DNA of 64,000 nucleotides, from contig JBNJFP010000003.1 of assembly GCA_051746985.1 (NCBI GenBank), positions 52,018-116,017 of the forward strand, given 5' to 3'. Each line of letters begins with the position of its first letter. The stretch's first letter is position 1. Below the pieces are notes generated by a model. The model was not told where the DNA came from and did no database searches. It worked only from the letters and a program-made list of their open reading frames with translations. Positions 36,683-47,218 of the stretch are shown piece after piece. The DNA is from Bacteroidota bacterium (GTDB lineage Bacteria > Bacteroidota > Rhodothermia > Balneolales > Balneolaceae). Made by a program: the position numbers and the translations under genes.

Positions 36683-39409
36683 ATGGATGTAATGTCAGCG
36701 AAAACCCAATCATCAAGCGAGATACAAAAGACGGAACGCTTATGGTACATCTTAGCTGAAGATGAAGTGTGCAAGAATTTAAAAACTTCTGCCACGAAGG
36801 GATTAAGTAAAGAGGAAGCCCAAAGGCGGTTCGTACAATTTGGTCCGAATGAAATTGAAAAAGAGGTTGGGTTGAGTCGTTGGCAGATCCTGCTTCATCA
36901 GTTTAAGGATCCGCTGATTTATATTCTTGTCGCCGCCGCTTTTGTAACACTGATACTGCAGGACTATATCGATTCTGCCGTAATAACCGCCGTCGTATTA
37001 CTGAACGCTTTAATTGGATATATCCAGGAAAACAAGGCCCAAAAGGCTATTCAATCACTTTCCAAGCTGTCGGATCCGCGTGTGAAAGTCCTTCGAGAGG
37101 GACATGAGATGGAGATCCCCAGTCGTAGTCTTGTACCCGGTGATATTGTGCTGCTTAGCTCCGGGGCACGCGTGGCCGCCGATATGCGTCTTCTTAAAAT
37201 AAAGACACTCGATGTTGATGAGTCGGCTCTTACCGGTGAGTCAACGGTGATCAGAAAGCAGGTATCCGCGTTGGAGACAGAAGGATTGGTTCCGGCCGAT
37301 CAGAATAATATGGTATTTGCAGGCACCATTATTTCCCGGGGACGTGCTAAAGCGGTGGTAGTCCGCACCGGGGGATCCACCGAACTCGGAAAGATTGCGA
37401 CAACGGTAAGGGATATCGGGGAAAGCAAAACGCCACTGCAGGAAAAAGTAGATAAGCTGGGTACGTTTATCGGTTATGTCATTATGGGTTTTGCTGTCAT
37501 AATTACCGCTATAGGAATTCTGTACCAGATGGATCCGTCCGAAATTTTTATCACAGTCGTTGCTATGGCAGTCTCAGCTATCCCCGAAGGCTTGCCGGTA
37601 GTGCTCACCGTAACACTGGCTATAGGGGTGCAAAAGATGGCCAATCGACGAGCTATCATCCGTTCCTTGCCGGCGGTAGAAACACTGGGCAGTACCACGG
37701 TGATCGGATCGGACAAGACGGGCACGCTCACCAAGAACCAAATGACGGTACGACAGATATGGGCAGATAATACGCTATATCAAACTACCGAAGCGGGTTA
37801 CCAACTTGAGGGATCTATTGTGATGGCTGATTCCAAGGTTTTGCCCAAGCCGAATAACGGCCTTTATAATACGCTGTTAGCAGGTACATTAGCCAACGAA
37901 GTAAACGTTGAGAGCGTGGAATCCGGAGAGCCTCAGGGAGATCCCACCGAAATAGCACTGCACGTGTCTGCCTATAAAGGAGGCATTCGGCTATCAGAAA
38001 TACGACTCTCCATGCAAGAGTTAGATCAGTTGCCGTTTGAACCCGAGAGAAAGTTCATGGGCACATTGAATGATACCGGCGAACGAAAAATCATTTTTTT
38101 AAAAGGAGCGCCCGAGGTCATTCTTGATAAATGTAGTCGAATATTAGTTGAAGGAGAAGAAGCGCCTATTGATCGCGGGTTGGTTCGATCTGCTGCCACA
38201 AAAATGGCGAAAGATGGACTGCGGGTACTTGCGATGGCATATCGTACGACAAACATCGATGATTTAGATGATCCCTCACTCTTTGCCGAGGATTTTACCT
38301 TCGCCGGATTGCAGGGCATGGAAGATCCTATTCGTCCCGAGGTAGTAGAAGCTGTTGAGAAAGTTCATCAATCAGGAATCAAAGTAATTATGATTACCGG
38401 GGACCATCTTGAAACGGCCGTTGCTATCGGACGGCAGTTGGGATTGGATGCCAATAAGGGGGCACTGGAGGGGATTTTTATTGATCAGCTTTCGGATGAG
38501 GAGCTGGACCAAAGGCTCAGGGATTGTAATATATTTGCTAGGGTTACGCCCGAGCATAAATTTCGTATCGTAAATCGACTTAAAAGTGCCGGAGAAGTGG
38601 TGGCGGTAACCGGCGATGGCATTAATGATGCGCCGGCGTTGCAGGCGGCACATCTGGGTATTGCCATGGGGAAGAGCGGTACTGACGTCGCTCGCGAAGC
38701 ATCGGATATGGTTCTTTCGGATGATAATTTTGCGACCATAACATCGGCTATTGAGGAAGGAAGGATCGTTTTTTCAAACATCCGAAAGGTCACTTTTTTT
38801 CTTTTATCAACCGCCGTGGGTGAGCTGATCGTGATTTTTGCGGCGGTACTGATGAATTGGCCGCTGCCGTTTATCGCGGTGCAGATACTTTGGATTAATT
38901 TGGTAACCAACGGCCTACAAGATATTGCCCTGGCTTTTGAACCGGGAGAGCCGGGCATCATCAGGCGAAAACCACGTCCACCCGATGAGGGCATTCTCAC
39001 TACCCGATTGATTGAGCGGCTGGGTGGAGTCGGAATGGTACTGGCGGCAGGAACGCTGGCCACGTTTTGGTGGACGTATAATCAGTATGATAATTTAGAA
39101 ATAGCACAAACCGCAGCAATGACACAAATGGTTGTGTTTCAGTTTTTCCATGTGTTCAACTGCCGCTCTCTGGATCGAAGTATTTTCCGCATTAATTTCT
39201 TTTCAAATAAATTCCTGTTCATCAGTGTGATAGCTGCGTTGGTTGCTCATTTGGGGGTGTTGCACATTGGATTTATGCAGACCATTTTCCGAACGGTACC
39301 GCTTAGTATTGAACAGTGGCTTGGAATTGTATTAGTGGGAGTGCTGGTTGTCATCGGTGGTGAAATTGATAAAATAGTTAATATCCGCCGCAAAAATTTT
39401 ATTGGGTGA
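36683..39409 (+). CDS. P-type cation-transporting ATPase (P2A/SERCA-like, CtpF-like)
   Basis: LTGES actuator motif, DKTGTLT phosphorylation site, TGDGINDAPAL hinge and 10 TM segments. 908 aa. Confidence 0.9.
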   Translation: MDVMSAKTQSSSEIQKTERLWYILAEDEVCKNLKTSATKGLSKEEAQRRFVQFGPNEIEKEVGLSRWQILLHQFKDPLIYILVAAAFVTLILQDYIDSAVITAVVLLNALIGYIQENKAQKAIQSLSKLSDPRVKVLREGHEMEIPSRSLVPGDIVLLSSGARVAADMRLLKIKTLDVDESALTGESTVIRKQVSALETEGLVPADQNNMVFAGTIISRGRAKAVVVRTGGSTELGKIATTVRDIGESKTPLQEKVDKLGTFIGYVIMGFAVIITAIGILYQMDPSEIFITVVAMAVSAIPEGLPVVLTVTLAIGVQKMANRRAIIRSLPAVETLGSTTVIGSDKTGTLTKNQMTVRQIWADNTLYQTTEAGYQLEGSIVMADSKVLPKPNNGLYNTLLAGTLANEVNVESVESGEPQGDPTEIALHVSAYKGGIRLSEIRLSMQELDQLPFEPERKFMGTLNDTGERKIIFLKGAPEVILDKCSRILVEGEEAPIDRGLVRSAATKMAKDGLRVLAMAYRTTNIDDLDDPSLFAEDFTFAGLQGMEDPIRPEVVEAVEKVHQSGIKVIMITGDHLETAVAIGRQLGLDANKGALEGIFIDQLSDEELDQRLRDCNIFARVTPEHKFRIVNRLKSAGEVVAVTGDGINDAPALQAAHLGIAMGKSGTDVAREASDMVLSDDNFATITSAIEEGRIVFSNIRKVTFFLLSTAVGELIVIFAAVLMNWPLPFIAVQILWINLVTNGLQDIALAFEPGEPGIIRRKPRPPDEGILTTRLIERLGGVGMVLAAGTLATFWWTYNQYDNLEIAQTAAMTQMVVFQFFHVFNCRSLDRSIFRINFFSNKFLFISVIAALVAHLGVLHIGFMQTIFRTVPLSIEQWLGIVLVGVLVVIGGEIDKIVNIRRKNFIG

Positions 39410-39455
39410 AATAACTGTATCGATAGGTTATTGATCAATACTTAACTGTTTTTTG

Positions 39456-39470
39456 TAGGAAAAATCCCTA
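39456..39470. promoter_or_regulatory. candidate operator, perfect TAGGrA-N3-TyCyTA palindrome
   Basis: tTG TAGGAAAAATCCCTA lies 98-112 nt upstream of the hemG-like ATG. Confidence 0.5.
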
Positions 39471-39567
39471 TTACAACTGACTCATTTGGCCTTCTGTCCT
39501 GAAGAGAACCGATTGCATAAATTTTTTCAAATAACTTGAAAATTATCACACCACCCAACTACCTACT

Positions 39568-40128
39568 ATGAAACTGCTAATTGTTTATGGCACTACCGAG
39601 GGACAGACGCGAAAAATTTGTGAATACCTGCGAGATAAAGCGGTGGATGACGGACATGAGGTTACCGTTCTCGATTCTACGGCCGCGGATATAGATCCGG
39701 GTGGCTTTGATGCAGTTATTATTGGAGGTTCACTGCACGCAGAAAAATATCAAACGTCAGTTTTACATTATGTCCGGGAACACCATCAGATGCTAAACAA
39801 AATGCCCACGGGCTTTTTATCGGTAAGTCTGGCAGCGATTCACGATGATCCCCAGTACCAAAAAGAGTTAGAGGAAATCACCGGAAAGTTTTTAGAAAAG
39901 ACGGGATGGGACCCCATGTTTGTGGAGCAGGTGGCCGGAGCACTTCGCTATACTAAGTACAGTTTTTGGAAGAAATTCATCATGCGGATGATTGCTCAAA
40001 AAAGCGGTGGTAGTACTGATACTTCTCATGATGTGGAGTACACCGACTGGAACCAGGTGAAATGGTTTCTTGGTCAGCTGGAAAAAGAGGTTGATCGATT
40101 TAAATCCAAGGAGGTAGTTAAAAAATGA
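39568..40128 (+). CDS. hemG: flavodoxin-fold protein, HemG-like (menaquinone-dependent protoporphyrinogen oxidase family)
   Basis: N-terminus MKLLIVYGTTEGQTRKI. The C-terminal stretch AGALRYTKYSFWKKFIMRMIAQKSGGSTDTSHDVEYTDWNQV closely parallels E. coli HemG as I recall it. Confidence 0.65.
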   Translation: MKLLIVYGTTEGQTRKICEYLRDKAVDDGHEVTVLDSTAADIDPGGFDAVIIGGSLHAEKYQTSVLHYVREHHQMLNKMPTGFLSVSLAAIHDDPQYQKELEEITGKFLEKTGWDPMFVEQVAGALRYTKYSFWKKFIMRMIAQKSGGSTDTSHDVEYTDWNQVKWFLGQLEKEVDRFKSKEVVKK

Positions 40129-40523
40129 CAGAGCTTGCTCAAAAATCATACATCAAGGAAATTGAACGTATAGTCGAACATCTTATGGGAGATTGGATGG
40201 CCCATAATTTTTCAGATATGGACCGTTATTTTGCCAATCATGTAGTGATGATTGAATCCGATACCCACAGGCGCATCATGGGCATTGACAATGTTTTAGA
40301 ACAATATGAGCTATTCGTCGAAGATGCTGAAATACATGAATATGACATTACAGAGCTATTGATAGATTTGGTTGAAGAAACAGCGGTAGCTTATGTTACC
40401 TATCGAATTAAATATGAAACAGATGGGACTAAGTTTGACGAGTCCAATACCGAAATCCTGGTATTCAATGAGCACAACAAAGAGTGGAAAATCGTGTGGC
40501 GGACCCAGCTTATAGGTACCTAA
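40125..40523 (+). CDS. NTF2/SnoaL-like small protein
   Basis: 132 aa with a cone-like alpha+beta pattern ending in W.IVWR. It overlaps the hemG-like stop by 4 nt (ATGA). Confidence 0.5.
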   Translation: MTELAQKSYIKEIERIVEHLMGDWMAHNFSDMDRYFANHVVMIESDTHRRIMGIDNVLEQYELFVEDAEIHEYDITELLIDLVEETAVAYVTYRIKYETDGTKFDESNTEILVFNEHNKEWKIVWRTQLIGT

Positions 40524-40593
40524 TACTACGATAATTGTAAGAGAGAAAAACGTGTATAAAGTTGGCGCCGCTATTCTATTTGGGATGGCAGTT

Positions 40594-41113
40594 TTACATT
40601 GTATTCCGGCACCGGGCTGGCCTCAGTTTCATGTCATTGTATAAGGCTCGACCAGCGCACCGAAGGACCTGTAAAAGCCCGGGCTCAATCCTGCGCAGTG
40701 CCTGTTGTTCGATATGTACCTGTGTATATATTGTTGTTAGTTCATCGCTGTCCTTGGTAAACGGACCGACGCCCCAGTAGCTTTCCGGGAAGTAATTTGC
40801 AAAATAGTTGCCGTACAGCAGCTATTGTTCCCGGGGCAGTACAATATCAGAAAGAACGCTGGTCAATATCTGGTTTTTAGTTGTATAAATAGCGGATGTG
40901 AGCACGCTCGAAGAACGCGTTTCTGGTCCCGTTCCTTTAAATTTGAATTGTGGGACCAAAGCCCCTCCAATGCGACCAATCATTCAATACGCTTGCTATA
41001 AAAGGCCAACTTCGCTGACTTTTGATCAAGATTATAATACCATCACCGGTTTCCGAGACTACATGAAAAGGGTCATCCAGCCGTGACCTTGTCACCCGGT
41101 GCCAAACAGCCTT
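40594..41113 (-). pseudogene. probable decayed gene (family not recognised)
   Basis: The - strand gives protein-like stretches in two frames: ..HVVSETGDGIIILIKSQRSWPFIASVLND.. then ..GTGPETRSSSVLTSAIYTTKNQILTSVLSDIVLPREQ*LLYGNYFANYFPESYWGVGPFTKDSDELTTIYTQVHIEQQALRRIEPGL.. There is an in-frame TAG at 40822-40824 and at least one frame change near 40930-40975. No intact ORF of 60 aa or more with a start codon exists. Confidence 0.35.
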
Positions 41114-41208
41114 TTACCATCCGGTAGCGTTTCTATGAAGTGTAATACTCTGCATTATGGATACCACAGAGAGAAATTGGCACGTAAATAAAAAACACTC
41201 ATTGTGCA

Positions 41209-42483
41209 TTATATCACGGTATGATCGGCCACTAACTCCGACATGGGCATCCCCCATCCTGGAATTTTTCCACCCATGGTATAGTACATAGTCTTAAAGC
41301 CCATCTTAAGTAAATGCGGGGTATATCCCATTTTTAGAATGCTGGTATCACCGCCCCACCATTCATCCGTATGCATATAAAATCCTTTATGCGAGCCCAT
41401 GTCTCCCATGCAAATAAGCTTGAATTTGAGCGGGTCGATGGAATCTTTGGGTTGATATCCGCCGACTTCTTTTCCAAGTACTTTTGCCAGTACTTCGGCC
41501 TCCATGTGACCCAGCGATCCCAACTTAGGTACCGTTATAGATGCCGCATCCCCCACTGCAAATATTTCGGGATAATCGGGATTTCTCATGTAAAGATCTG
41601 TTATGATAAATCCCTGATCGTCAGATATTGGCAGGTCTTTAAGAAAATCATGTGCTTTCCAGTTTGGAAAAATTATTTTGAGCTCCGCTTCCAGGTTACT
41701 GCCGTCATTAAATTCAATTCCATCTTCATAAAGTTTCTTGATACCCCGGGTATTGGCCTTATATCCGTATCCCATCTCCTTTACCATGGGCAGCAATTGC
41801 TCAAGGATCTTTTCTCCTGCATCTTCCGCAATAACTTCAGCGGGAGTGAACATAGTTATATTCTCTGCTCCACCCAGTCCTCGTTCTTTGAGCCAATCCG
41901 CCATAGAAAAGGATATCTCAACCGGCGGACCTTCACATGCGGCTTCTGCAACAGGTATTTCAGGCAGTTTATCACTTTTCCCCTGAACAAATAGATCCGA
42001 ACCAACGGCAATGGGTCCGCCTTTATAACCGCCCTCATGAAGATGTCTTCGTATTTTATCACCGTAATAGGTGTCCGTGAAGGTATGGCCGTATTTTCCG
42101 AATCCATCTATCTCATCAAATGCCAATTTATTTCCAACGGCTATAACCAGGTAATCATAATTGATTTCTTCAATAGCTGAACCCGGACGTTCTCCAGGCC
42201 TGTAATCTACGCTCTTATTCTCTACATCAATTCCCAGTACTTCAGCTTGGATGAAATCAATATTATCACGTTCTAAAAACTTGATAAATGGTAAATGAAG
42301 AGAAGTCTCAGGATTATTGTTGTTCCATACTTCAAGTGGAATATTAGGTATGAAGGTTAGATATGGTTTTCGATCAATACAGGTTATTTTAACGCCTTCT
42401 CCTGCATATTCACGGATATACCGAGCTGTTGTTAATCCGGCAAAATTGGTTCCCAAAATGAGAATGTGCGGTTGTGAAGCCAT
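41209..42483 (-). CDS. FAD-dependent pyridine nucleotide-disulfide oxidoreductase, sulfide:quinone oxidoreductase-like
   Basis: N-terminal Rossmann ILILGTNFAGLT and second motif FAVGDAA. The 424-aa size and the Cys at ACEGPP and LICMGD fit SQR-type flavoproteins. Confidence 0.65.
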   Translation of the reverse strand: MASQPHILILGTNFAGLTTARYIREYAGEGVKITCIDRKPYLTFIPNIPLEVWNNNNPETSLHLPFIKFLERDNIDFIQAEVLGIDVENKSVDYRPGERPGSAIEEINYDYLVIAVGNKLAFDEIDGFGKYGHTFTDTYYGDKIRRHLHEGGYKGGPIAVGSDLFVQGKSDKLPEIPVAEAACEGPPVEISFSMADWLKERGLGGAENITMFTPAEVIAEDAGEKILEQLLPMVKEMGYGYKANTRGIKKLYEDGIEFNDGSNLEAELKIIFPNWKAHDFLKDLPISDDQGFIITDLYMRNPDYPEIFAVGDAASITVPKLGSLGHMEAEVLAKVLGKEVGGYQPKDSIDPLKFKLICMGDMGSHKGFYMHTDEWWGGDTSILKMGYTPHLLKMGFKTMYYTMGGKIPGWGMPMSELVADHTVI

Positions 42484-42697
42484 AATAAGTTACGTTTTCT
42501 GTATTAAATACGATGAATCACTTAAGTAATTAGTTTTGTGTATTTCGCATTGTAATCATTGCAGTATTAGTTTGTTGTAGTATTATCTCTGAATGTAATT
42601 TCTTTATCATATCGATGGCCTGTGAATTATTTCCCTACAAAAAAAATTCGTAACCGTTTTGTGAACCTGTAGGAATTGAATGAAAAGAAACAACCTC

Positions 42698-43888
42698 TTA
42701 TCGTCTTATTTCTACATGCACCTCATCCTCAATACGTTCATCGGGGTGTGTGATCACCGATTCTCCTGCTTCCAAGCCGCTGGCAATCTGAGTCTGTAAC
42801 CCGCTTTGGTAGCCGATTTGCACTTGGCGAAGCCGGGCCGTGCCATCATCCACAATAAAGAGGCCCCACTGTTCACCGCCGGTTCGAAAGAGCGAGGAGG
42901 AGGGTACTTGTAAGACTTCATCACCCTCCCAGATGATAAATTCGGTTACTACGCGATATCCGTCGCCAAGTCGTTGCCACTGATCGTGAGCGGAAAGAAT
43001 ATCGACAATCACCGGCACGCGCTGTTCTTCAACGCCCAATGCTGATATCCTCGTATAACCCGAGGGCTCCACAACCCGAACGGAACCTTCCAGAATCTGA
43101 TCTAATCCCCATCGCTTGATTCTTACTTTGGTGCCTTGCTCCACTTGCACCGCATCGGTGGAAAGTAAATCAACTTTTATTTCCAACGAATACGGATCGC
43201 CGATTTCCATGATTGGGGTGCCCGCTTGGACCGTCCCTTCACTTTGTTGGTGGATCTTCAGCAGGCGTCCGCTGACCGGCGCTCCAATCGATATTTGCTC
43301 CTGTCCGCCCGATGCTTGAAATGCCTGTAGCGCAGATTGTGCTGCGCGAATTTCGTACTCTGCTACGTTCACCGCAAACTCTGCCGATGCCTGTTGGGCT
43401 GCGGCCCGACGAGCAGTCAACTTCGCTTGATCCAAACCCTGCTCACTTCCAATACCGGATTCAAAAAGACGTTGAATGCGCTGAAGTTCTACATCAGAAA
43501 TGCGTTTTTCTTCCCGGGCCAGGTTTAGATTTTCTTCGGCTTGACTGAGGCGCGCCTTGGCCGCGTCGAGTTGGGATTCGGCTACTTCGCGTTGACGAGC
43601 GCTGATCAAGTCGGGCACCGGCTGTATCTGAAAAAGCTCTTGTCCAGCTGCCACAGAGTCACCAACCTCGTATGGTATGCGCAGAATATAGCCGGTAACG
43701 GGTGCCGAAATGGTAAATCGATCGGTAACCCGGGTAATGCCTTCCTCTTCGATGGTGACCTCCAGTGGTGCATCCCGAACCTGTTCAACATTTACCGGTA
43801 TAGGCGATGGCAAAAATCCCCATACCATAATGAGAATGACGATAATCACAAATACCGATAGGTAGATCTGTTTTTTTGTGATGCTCAT
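42698..43888 (-). CDS. HlyD/MacA-type periplasmic adaptor (membrane fusion protein)
   Basis: N-terminal TM anchor, a long coiled-coil hairpin (QLDAAKARLSQAEENL..AEYEIRAAQSALQ) and a beta-barrel domain. It lies 3 nt downstream of the permease gene. Confidence 0.85.
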   Translation of the reverse strand: MSITKKQIYLSVFVIIVILIMVWGFLPSPIPVNVEQVRDAPLEVTIEEEGITRVTDRFTISAPVTGYILRIPYEVGDSVAAGQELFQIQPVPDLISARQREVAESQLDAAKARLSQAEENLNLAREEKRISDVELQRIQRLFESGIGSEQGLDQAKLTARRAAAQQASAEFAVNVAEYEIRAAQSALQAFQASGGQEQISIGAPVSGRLLKIHQQSEGTVQAGTPIMEIGDPYSLEIKVDLLSTDAVQVEQGTKVRIKRWGLDQILEGSVRVVEPSGYTRISALGVEEQRVPVIVDILSAHDQWQRLGDGYRVVTEFIIWEGDEVLQVPSSSLFRTGGEQWGLFIVDDGTARLRQVQIGYQSGLQTQIASGLEAGESVITHPDERIEDEVHVEIRR

Positions 43889-43891
43889 AGC

Positions 43892-46255
43892 TTATTCTCT
43901 CGTTTTAAGAACCCCGATTAAATCCAAGCGATTTAGTTTTCTGCGGATTAAGCCTGCTGAAAGCAAGCCGGAAATGATAACTACTAATGCCGCCAGGGTA
44001 TATGTAGCACTACTAATGTTCATCGGGATGCGATAAAGCTCGGTTTGCAACGACCAGATGATGAACCACGTCAATCCCCAGCCCAGCAGAAATCCGATAG
44101 GGATGGCCAAAAGCACGAGAATGGCCAATTCACCCAGCAGGATGTATGAAATTTCTCCCCGCGTGAAACCCAGCACCCGTAGGCTGGCCAGCTCGCGACT
44201 GCGCTCCGAAAGTGATATGCGGGCATTATTATAGACGACGCTAAACGCAGTGGCTCCGGCAAAAAGCGAGATAAAAAGTGACATAATCAGCCAGGTTTGT
44301 GCCGTCGATTCATAAAACCGTTCAATAATTTTTTGTTTGGATATGATTTCTCCCACCAGTGGACTCTCTTGTAACTCGGCTATTATTGCATCCTCAAACT
44401 CTTTGTCAATAAGTAGGTAGCTGCCACTGATTACCAGTTGTTCCGGGAGTAATTTGTTGAGCTCGTTAATATTCATGTACCCGTTAAGACCAATAAACTG
44501 GCTGACAAACCCTGCAATGTGGATGCGTGCAGAACCGCGGCTTCCATCCAGAAAACTAACGGTGAGCGTATCACCTTTGTTTACGTGTAGGATATCACCG
44601 AGTTTTTTGGTCAGTAGTAGGCCCTGTTGGGGAATCGTTACCGGTTGTGTTTGGGTATTGAGGATTTTTCTGAGTTTCATGTCCGGATGGTATCCCTGTA
44701 TGGCAGTAAGGTGATTGCGATGGGCGGAAATTAACCGAACCGGCACGGCGCGATAGGTTTCCCCGTAATAAACGCCGGGCATTCGCCGTAATTCCATCAA
44801 TGCGTGTTGTGATACCTCTTCTCGAAAAGAAACACCCAGATCAAAAGGCTGGGCCTGACGAAAATCCACTTCAATAAGGTATTTCACCGAATCGTTGCTC
44901 ATTCGTCCAACGACCATGAGGGCGGCAGCAAAAGCAACGCCCAATATCCCAAAGATAATTTTTGTACGATTTCGACCAATTTGACGCAGTACCATTTTTG
45001 TGGGCTGATCGAGAAACGGAGCGGCTCCCCATTTTTCCAGTAAACTACGGTGATAGAGTTTTGGGGGTTCGGGACGCATAGCTTCGGCAGGGGGCAAGGT
45101 TACGGCATCCTTTACGGCAAAAAAGACTCCACTGTAAGCGGCTCCGGCACTGATGAGGGAAGCGGCAACGATATCCCAGGGATTAATTACAAAGTTGAGG
45201 TAGGGAAAGCGGTAGTAGCTGGCGTAGAGGGCAGAAAGTTGTTGTCCCAGATAATAGCCAAGCAGTACGCCTCCGACCAAACCAATGGCAACAATAACCG
45301 AAACCATGAGCACAAAATGAGTTCCGATTTCGCGGTTGCTGTAGCCAAAAGCTTTAAGGATGCCGATCTGCTCGCGCTGTGTTCTAATCAGACGTCCGAG
45401 AACTACATTAAGTAGAAAAGCTGCTACGGCAATAAAAATGGTGGGAATAATCGTAGCCGTTTGGCTGAGCTGATTCATTTCTTCAGTGATAAAAAAATGT
45501 GAGTTCTGATCTTCCCGGGCAATGGCTCCCAGTCCGCCGTGTGGTTCGAGGATTCGATCCAGTTGTGCGATTACATCCTTTTCATTGGCTCCCCGAGTGA
45601 GTGAGAGAACTACATTATTAAAGACCCCTTCCATATCGAAGGCAGCCTCCAACGGGGCACTACGCATCCATAAAATACCAAAACGTTTAAGATCCGGTGA
45701 AAGGCTGCCGGGTTGGCCTTGGTAGATAAACTCCGGGGATAAGCCAATGCCCACAATATCGAGTTGTTTTTCTTTTCCGTTGATAACTGCTTCGAGCTGG
45801 TCGCCTACTGAAAACCCATGCTCCTCGGCAAAGCCATCGCCCAGTACAATTTCATCATCTACGTAGGGTGTGGGCAATCGGCCTTGGCGTAGGTACAGCT
45901 TGTTTAAAAGTGATTCTTGTTCATCGGGCAGCGAGATAATCATCCCGATTACGGTTTCATCAAATCCGTTAACGTCAAGGTTAACACCGGATTGAATGCG
46001 CGTTTCAACTCTGTTTACACCTTCAATTTCGCGAATTCGTCCGGACACCGAGTTGGGTGCCCGTTTTAGTGAAGCAAAGATATTGGCAAAATAATAGTCC
46101 TGGTAGTACGACTCTTGGGTTTGGCGGAGCGAATCGAGCGTGCTTAAAAAGGTAATATAGGTCGCCGCCCCGCAAGTGATCATCAGGGCGATGACGAACA
46201 CCATACCCCACATATTGGAGATATCGCGCAGCAGTTTTCGGTTGATCGCTCGCAT
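43892..46255 (-). CDS. ABC transporter permease with two FtsX-type domains (MacB-like)
   Basis: 787 aa with two 4-TM FtsX modules, each preceded by a large periplasmic domain. Confidence 0.85.
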   Translation of the reverse strand: MRAINRKLLRDISNMWGMVFVIALMITCGAATYITFLSTLDSLRQTQESYYQDYYFANIFASLKRAPNSVSGRIREIEGVNRVETRIQSGVNLDVNGFDETVIGMIISLPDEQESLLNKLYLRQGRLPTPYVDDEIVLGDGFAEEHGFSVGDQLEAVINGKEKQLDIVGIGLSPEFIYQGQPGSLSPDLKRFGILWMRSAPLEAAFDMEGVFNNVVLSLTRGANEKDVIAQLDRILEPHGGLGAIAREDQNSHFFITEEMNQLSQTATIIPTIFIAVAAFLLNVVLGRLIRTQREQIGILKAFGYSNREIGTHFVLMVSVIVAIGLVGGVLLGYYLGQQLSALYASYYRFPYLNFVINPWDIVAASLISAGAAYSGVFFAVKDAVTLPPAEAMRPEPPKLYHRSLLEKWGAAPFLDQPTKMVLRQIGRNRTKIIFGILGVAFAAALMVVGRMSNDSVKYLIEVDFRQAQPFDLGVSFREEVSQHALMELRRMPGVYYGETYRAVPVRLISAHRNHLTAIQGYHPDMKLRKILNTQTQPVTIPQQGLLLTKKLGDILHVNKGDTLTVSFLDGSRGSARIHIAGFVSQFIGLNGYMNINELNKLLPEQLVISGSYLLIDKEFEDAIIAELQESPLVGEIISKQKIIERFYESTAQTWLIMSLFISLFAGATAFSVVYNNARISLSERSRELASLRVLGFTRGEISYILLGELAILVLLAIPIGFLLGWGLTWFIIWSLQTELYRIPMNISSATYTLAALVVIISGLLSAGLIRRKLNRLDLIGVLKTRE

Positions 46256-46259
46256 AGCA

Positions 46260-46982
46260 TTACCACTCCATTTGGTCAGGGGATATCTTGGTCTCGTTAA
46301 TCTTTATATCGGATATCATGCCGTCATGAAGGCTGATAATCCGATCCGCCATATCCCCGATAACCACGTTGTGGGTGATTAGAACCGTAGCAGTGCCCAA
46401 GCTATCGTTGACTTTCTGCAGGGCTTTGAGGACGACAATTCCCGTCTTGGAATCCAGCGCCCCGGTGGGTTCATCGCAGAGCAGTACGTCGGGGTTTTTA
46501 GCCACCGCCCGGGCAATGGCTACCCGTTGTTGTTCTCCACCGGACATTTGAGCCGGAAAGTGATCCATGCGATCGCCCAAATCTACCAGCGCCAATGCTT
46601 CTTCGGGAGTCATCGGATGCTCTGCAATTTCAGTAACGATCGCCACATTTTCCCGGGCCGTAAGGCTGGGAATCAGGTTGTAAAACTGGAAGACGAAACC
46701 CACATTGAGCCGCCGAAAATTGGTGAGCTGTTTTTCCGAGGCATGTGTCAGATCGATATCACGGTAGGTTACTTGCCCGTCACTGGCGGTGTCTAATCCA
46801 CCTAAAATATTAACGAGTGTGGACTTTCCGCTACCGGATGCACCCAGTAGTACGACGACTTCGCCCGTAAAAACTTCCAGATCAATACCGCGAAGTGCTT
46901 GCACCTGTACTTCGCCCATCTGATATATTTTGGTGAGATCCCGGGCCGAAAAAATGCACTCTTTGGATTGGGTCATTTGCAA
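46260..46982 (-). CDS. ABC transporter ATP-binding protein (MacB/LolD family)
   Basis: Walker [10 protein letters not shown], signature MSGGEQQR and Walker B LLCDEPT. Confidence 0.9.
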   Translation of the reverse strand: MQMTQSKECIFSARDLTKIYQMGEVQVQALRGIDLEVFTGEVVVLLGASGSGKSTLVNILGGLDTASDGQVTYRDIDLTHASEKQLTNFRRLNVGFVFQFYNLIPSLTARENVAIVTEIAEHPMTPEEALALVDLGDRMDHFPAQMSGGEQQRVAIARAVAKNPDVLLCDEPTGALDSKTGIVVLKALQKVNDSLGTATVLITHNVVIGDMADRIISLHDGMISDIKINETKISPDQMEW

Positions 46983-47076
46983 AATAGTCGTCGTTTTTTA
47001 GAAAAGTACTACTCAGCGCAAATCACTGTTGTACGAACTTCCCGCAGTCCATTTTATAAAATCAACTACGTTACTG

Positions 47077-47091
47077 TAGGGCAATTGCTTA
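47077..47091. promoter_or_regulatory. candidate operator, TAGGrA-N3-TyCyTA family
   Basis: cTG TAGGGCAATTGCTTA CAAg lies in a divergent region, 95-109 nt from the ABC ATPase ATG and 128-142 nt from the dksA-like ATG. Confidence 0.4.
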
Positions 47092-47218
47092 CAAGCCGGG
47101 CTTGATAAAGGCGTCAGTAAATTTATTACAGTAATCTCAGTCGAACTCCTATAGACTTCCTTTCTTATAAATTGATAATTAATACAAACAAGTAGTTGTT
47201 AATAGAATAGTTGATTTT

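Noticed and set aside
40562-41086. + strand ORFs 40562-40780 and 40898-41086
   Set aside because: They lie opposite the better protein-like - strand remnants and have Cys/Arg-rich improbable sequences, so they are likely shadows within a pseudogene region.
41178-41193. TGGCAC-GTAAA-TAAAA sigma54 -24-like element
   Set aside because: There is no -12 GC/TTGC element and no + strand gene downstream.
42631-42675. Inverted half-sites TTCCCTACA ... TGTAGGAA separated by 28 nt upstream of the SQR-like gene
   Set aside because: The arms face the opposite way and are much further apart than in the 15-bp palindrome. They may be two half-sites or an RNA stem after the ABC operon, and this is too ambiguous to call as an operator.
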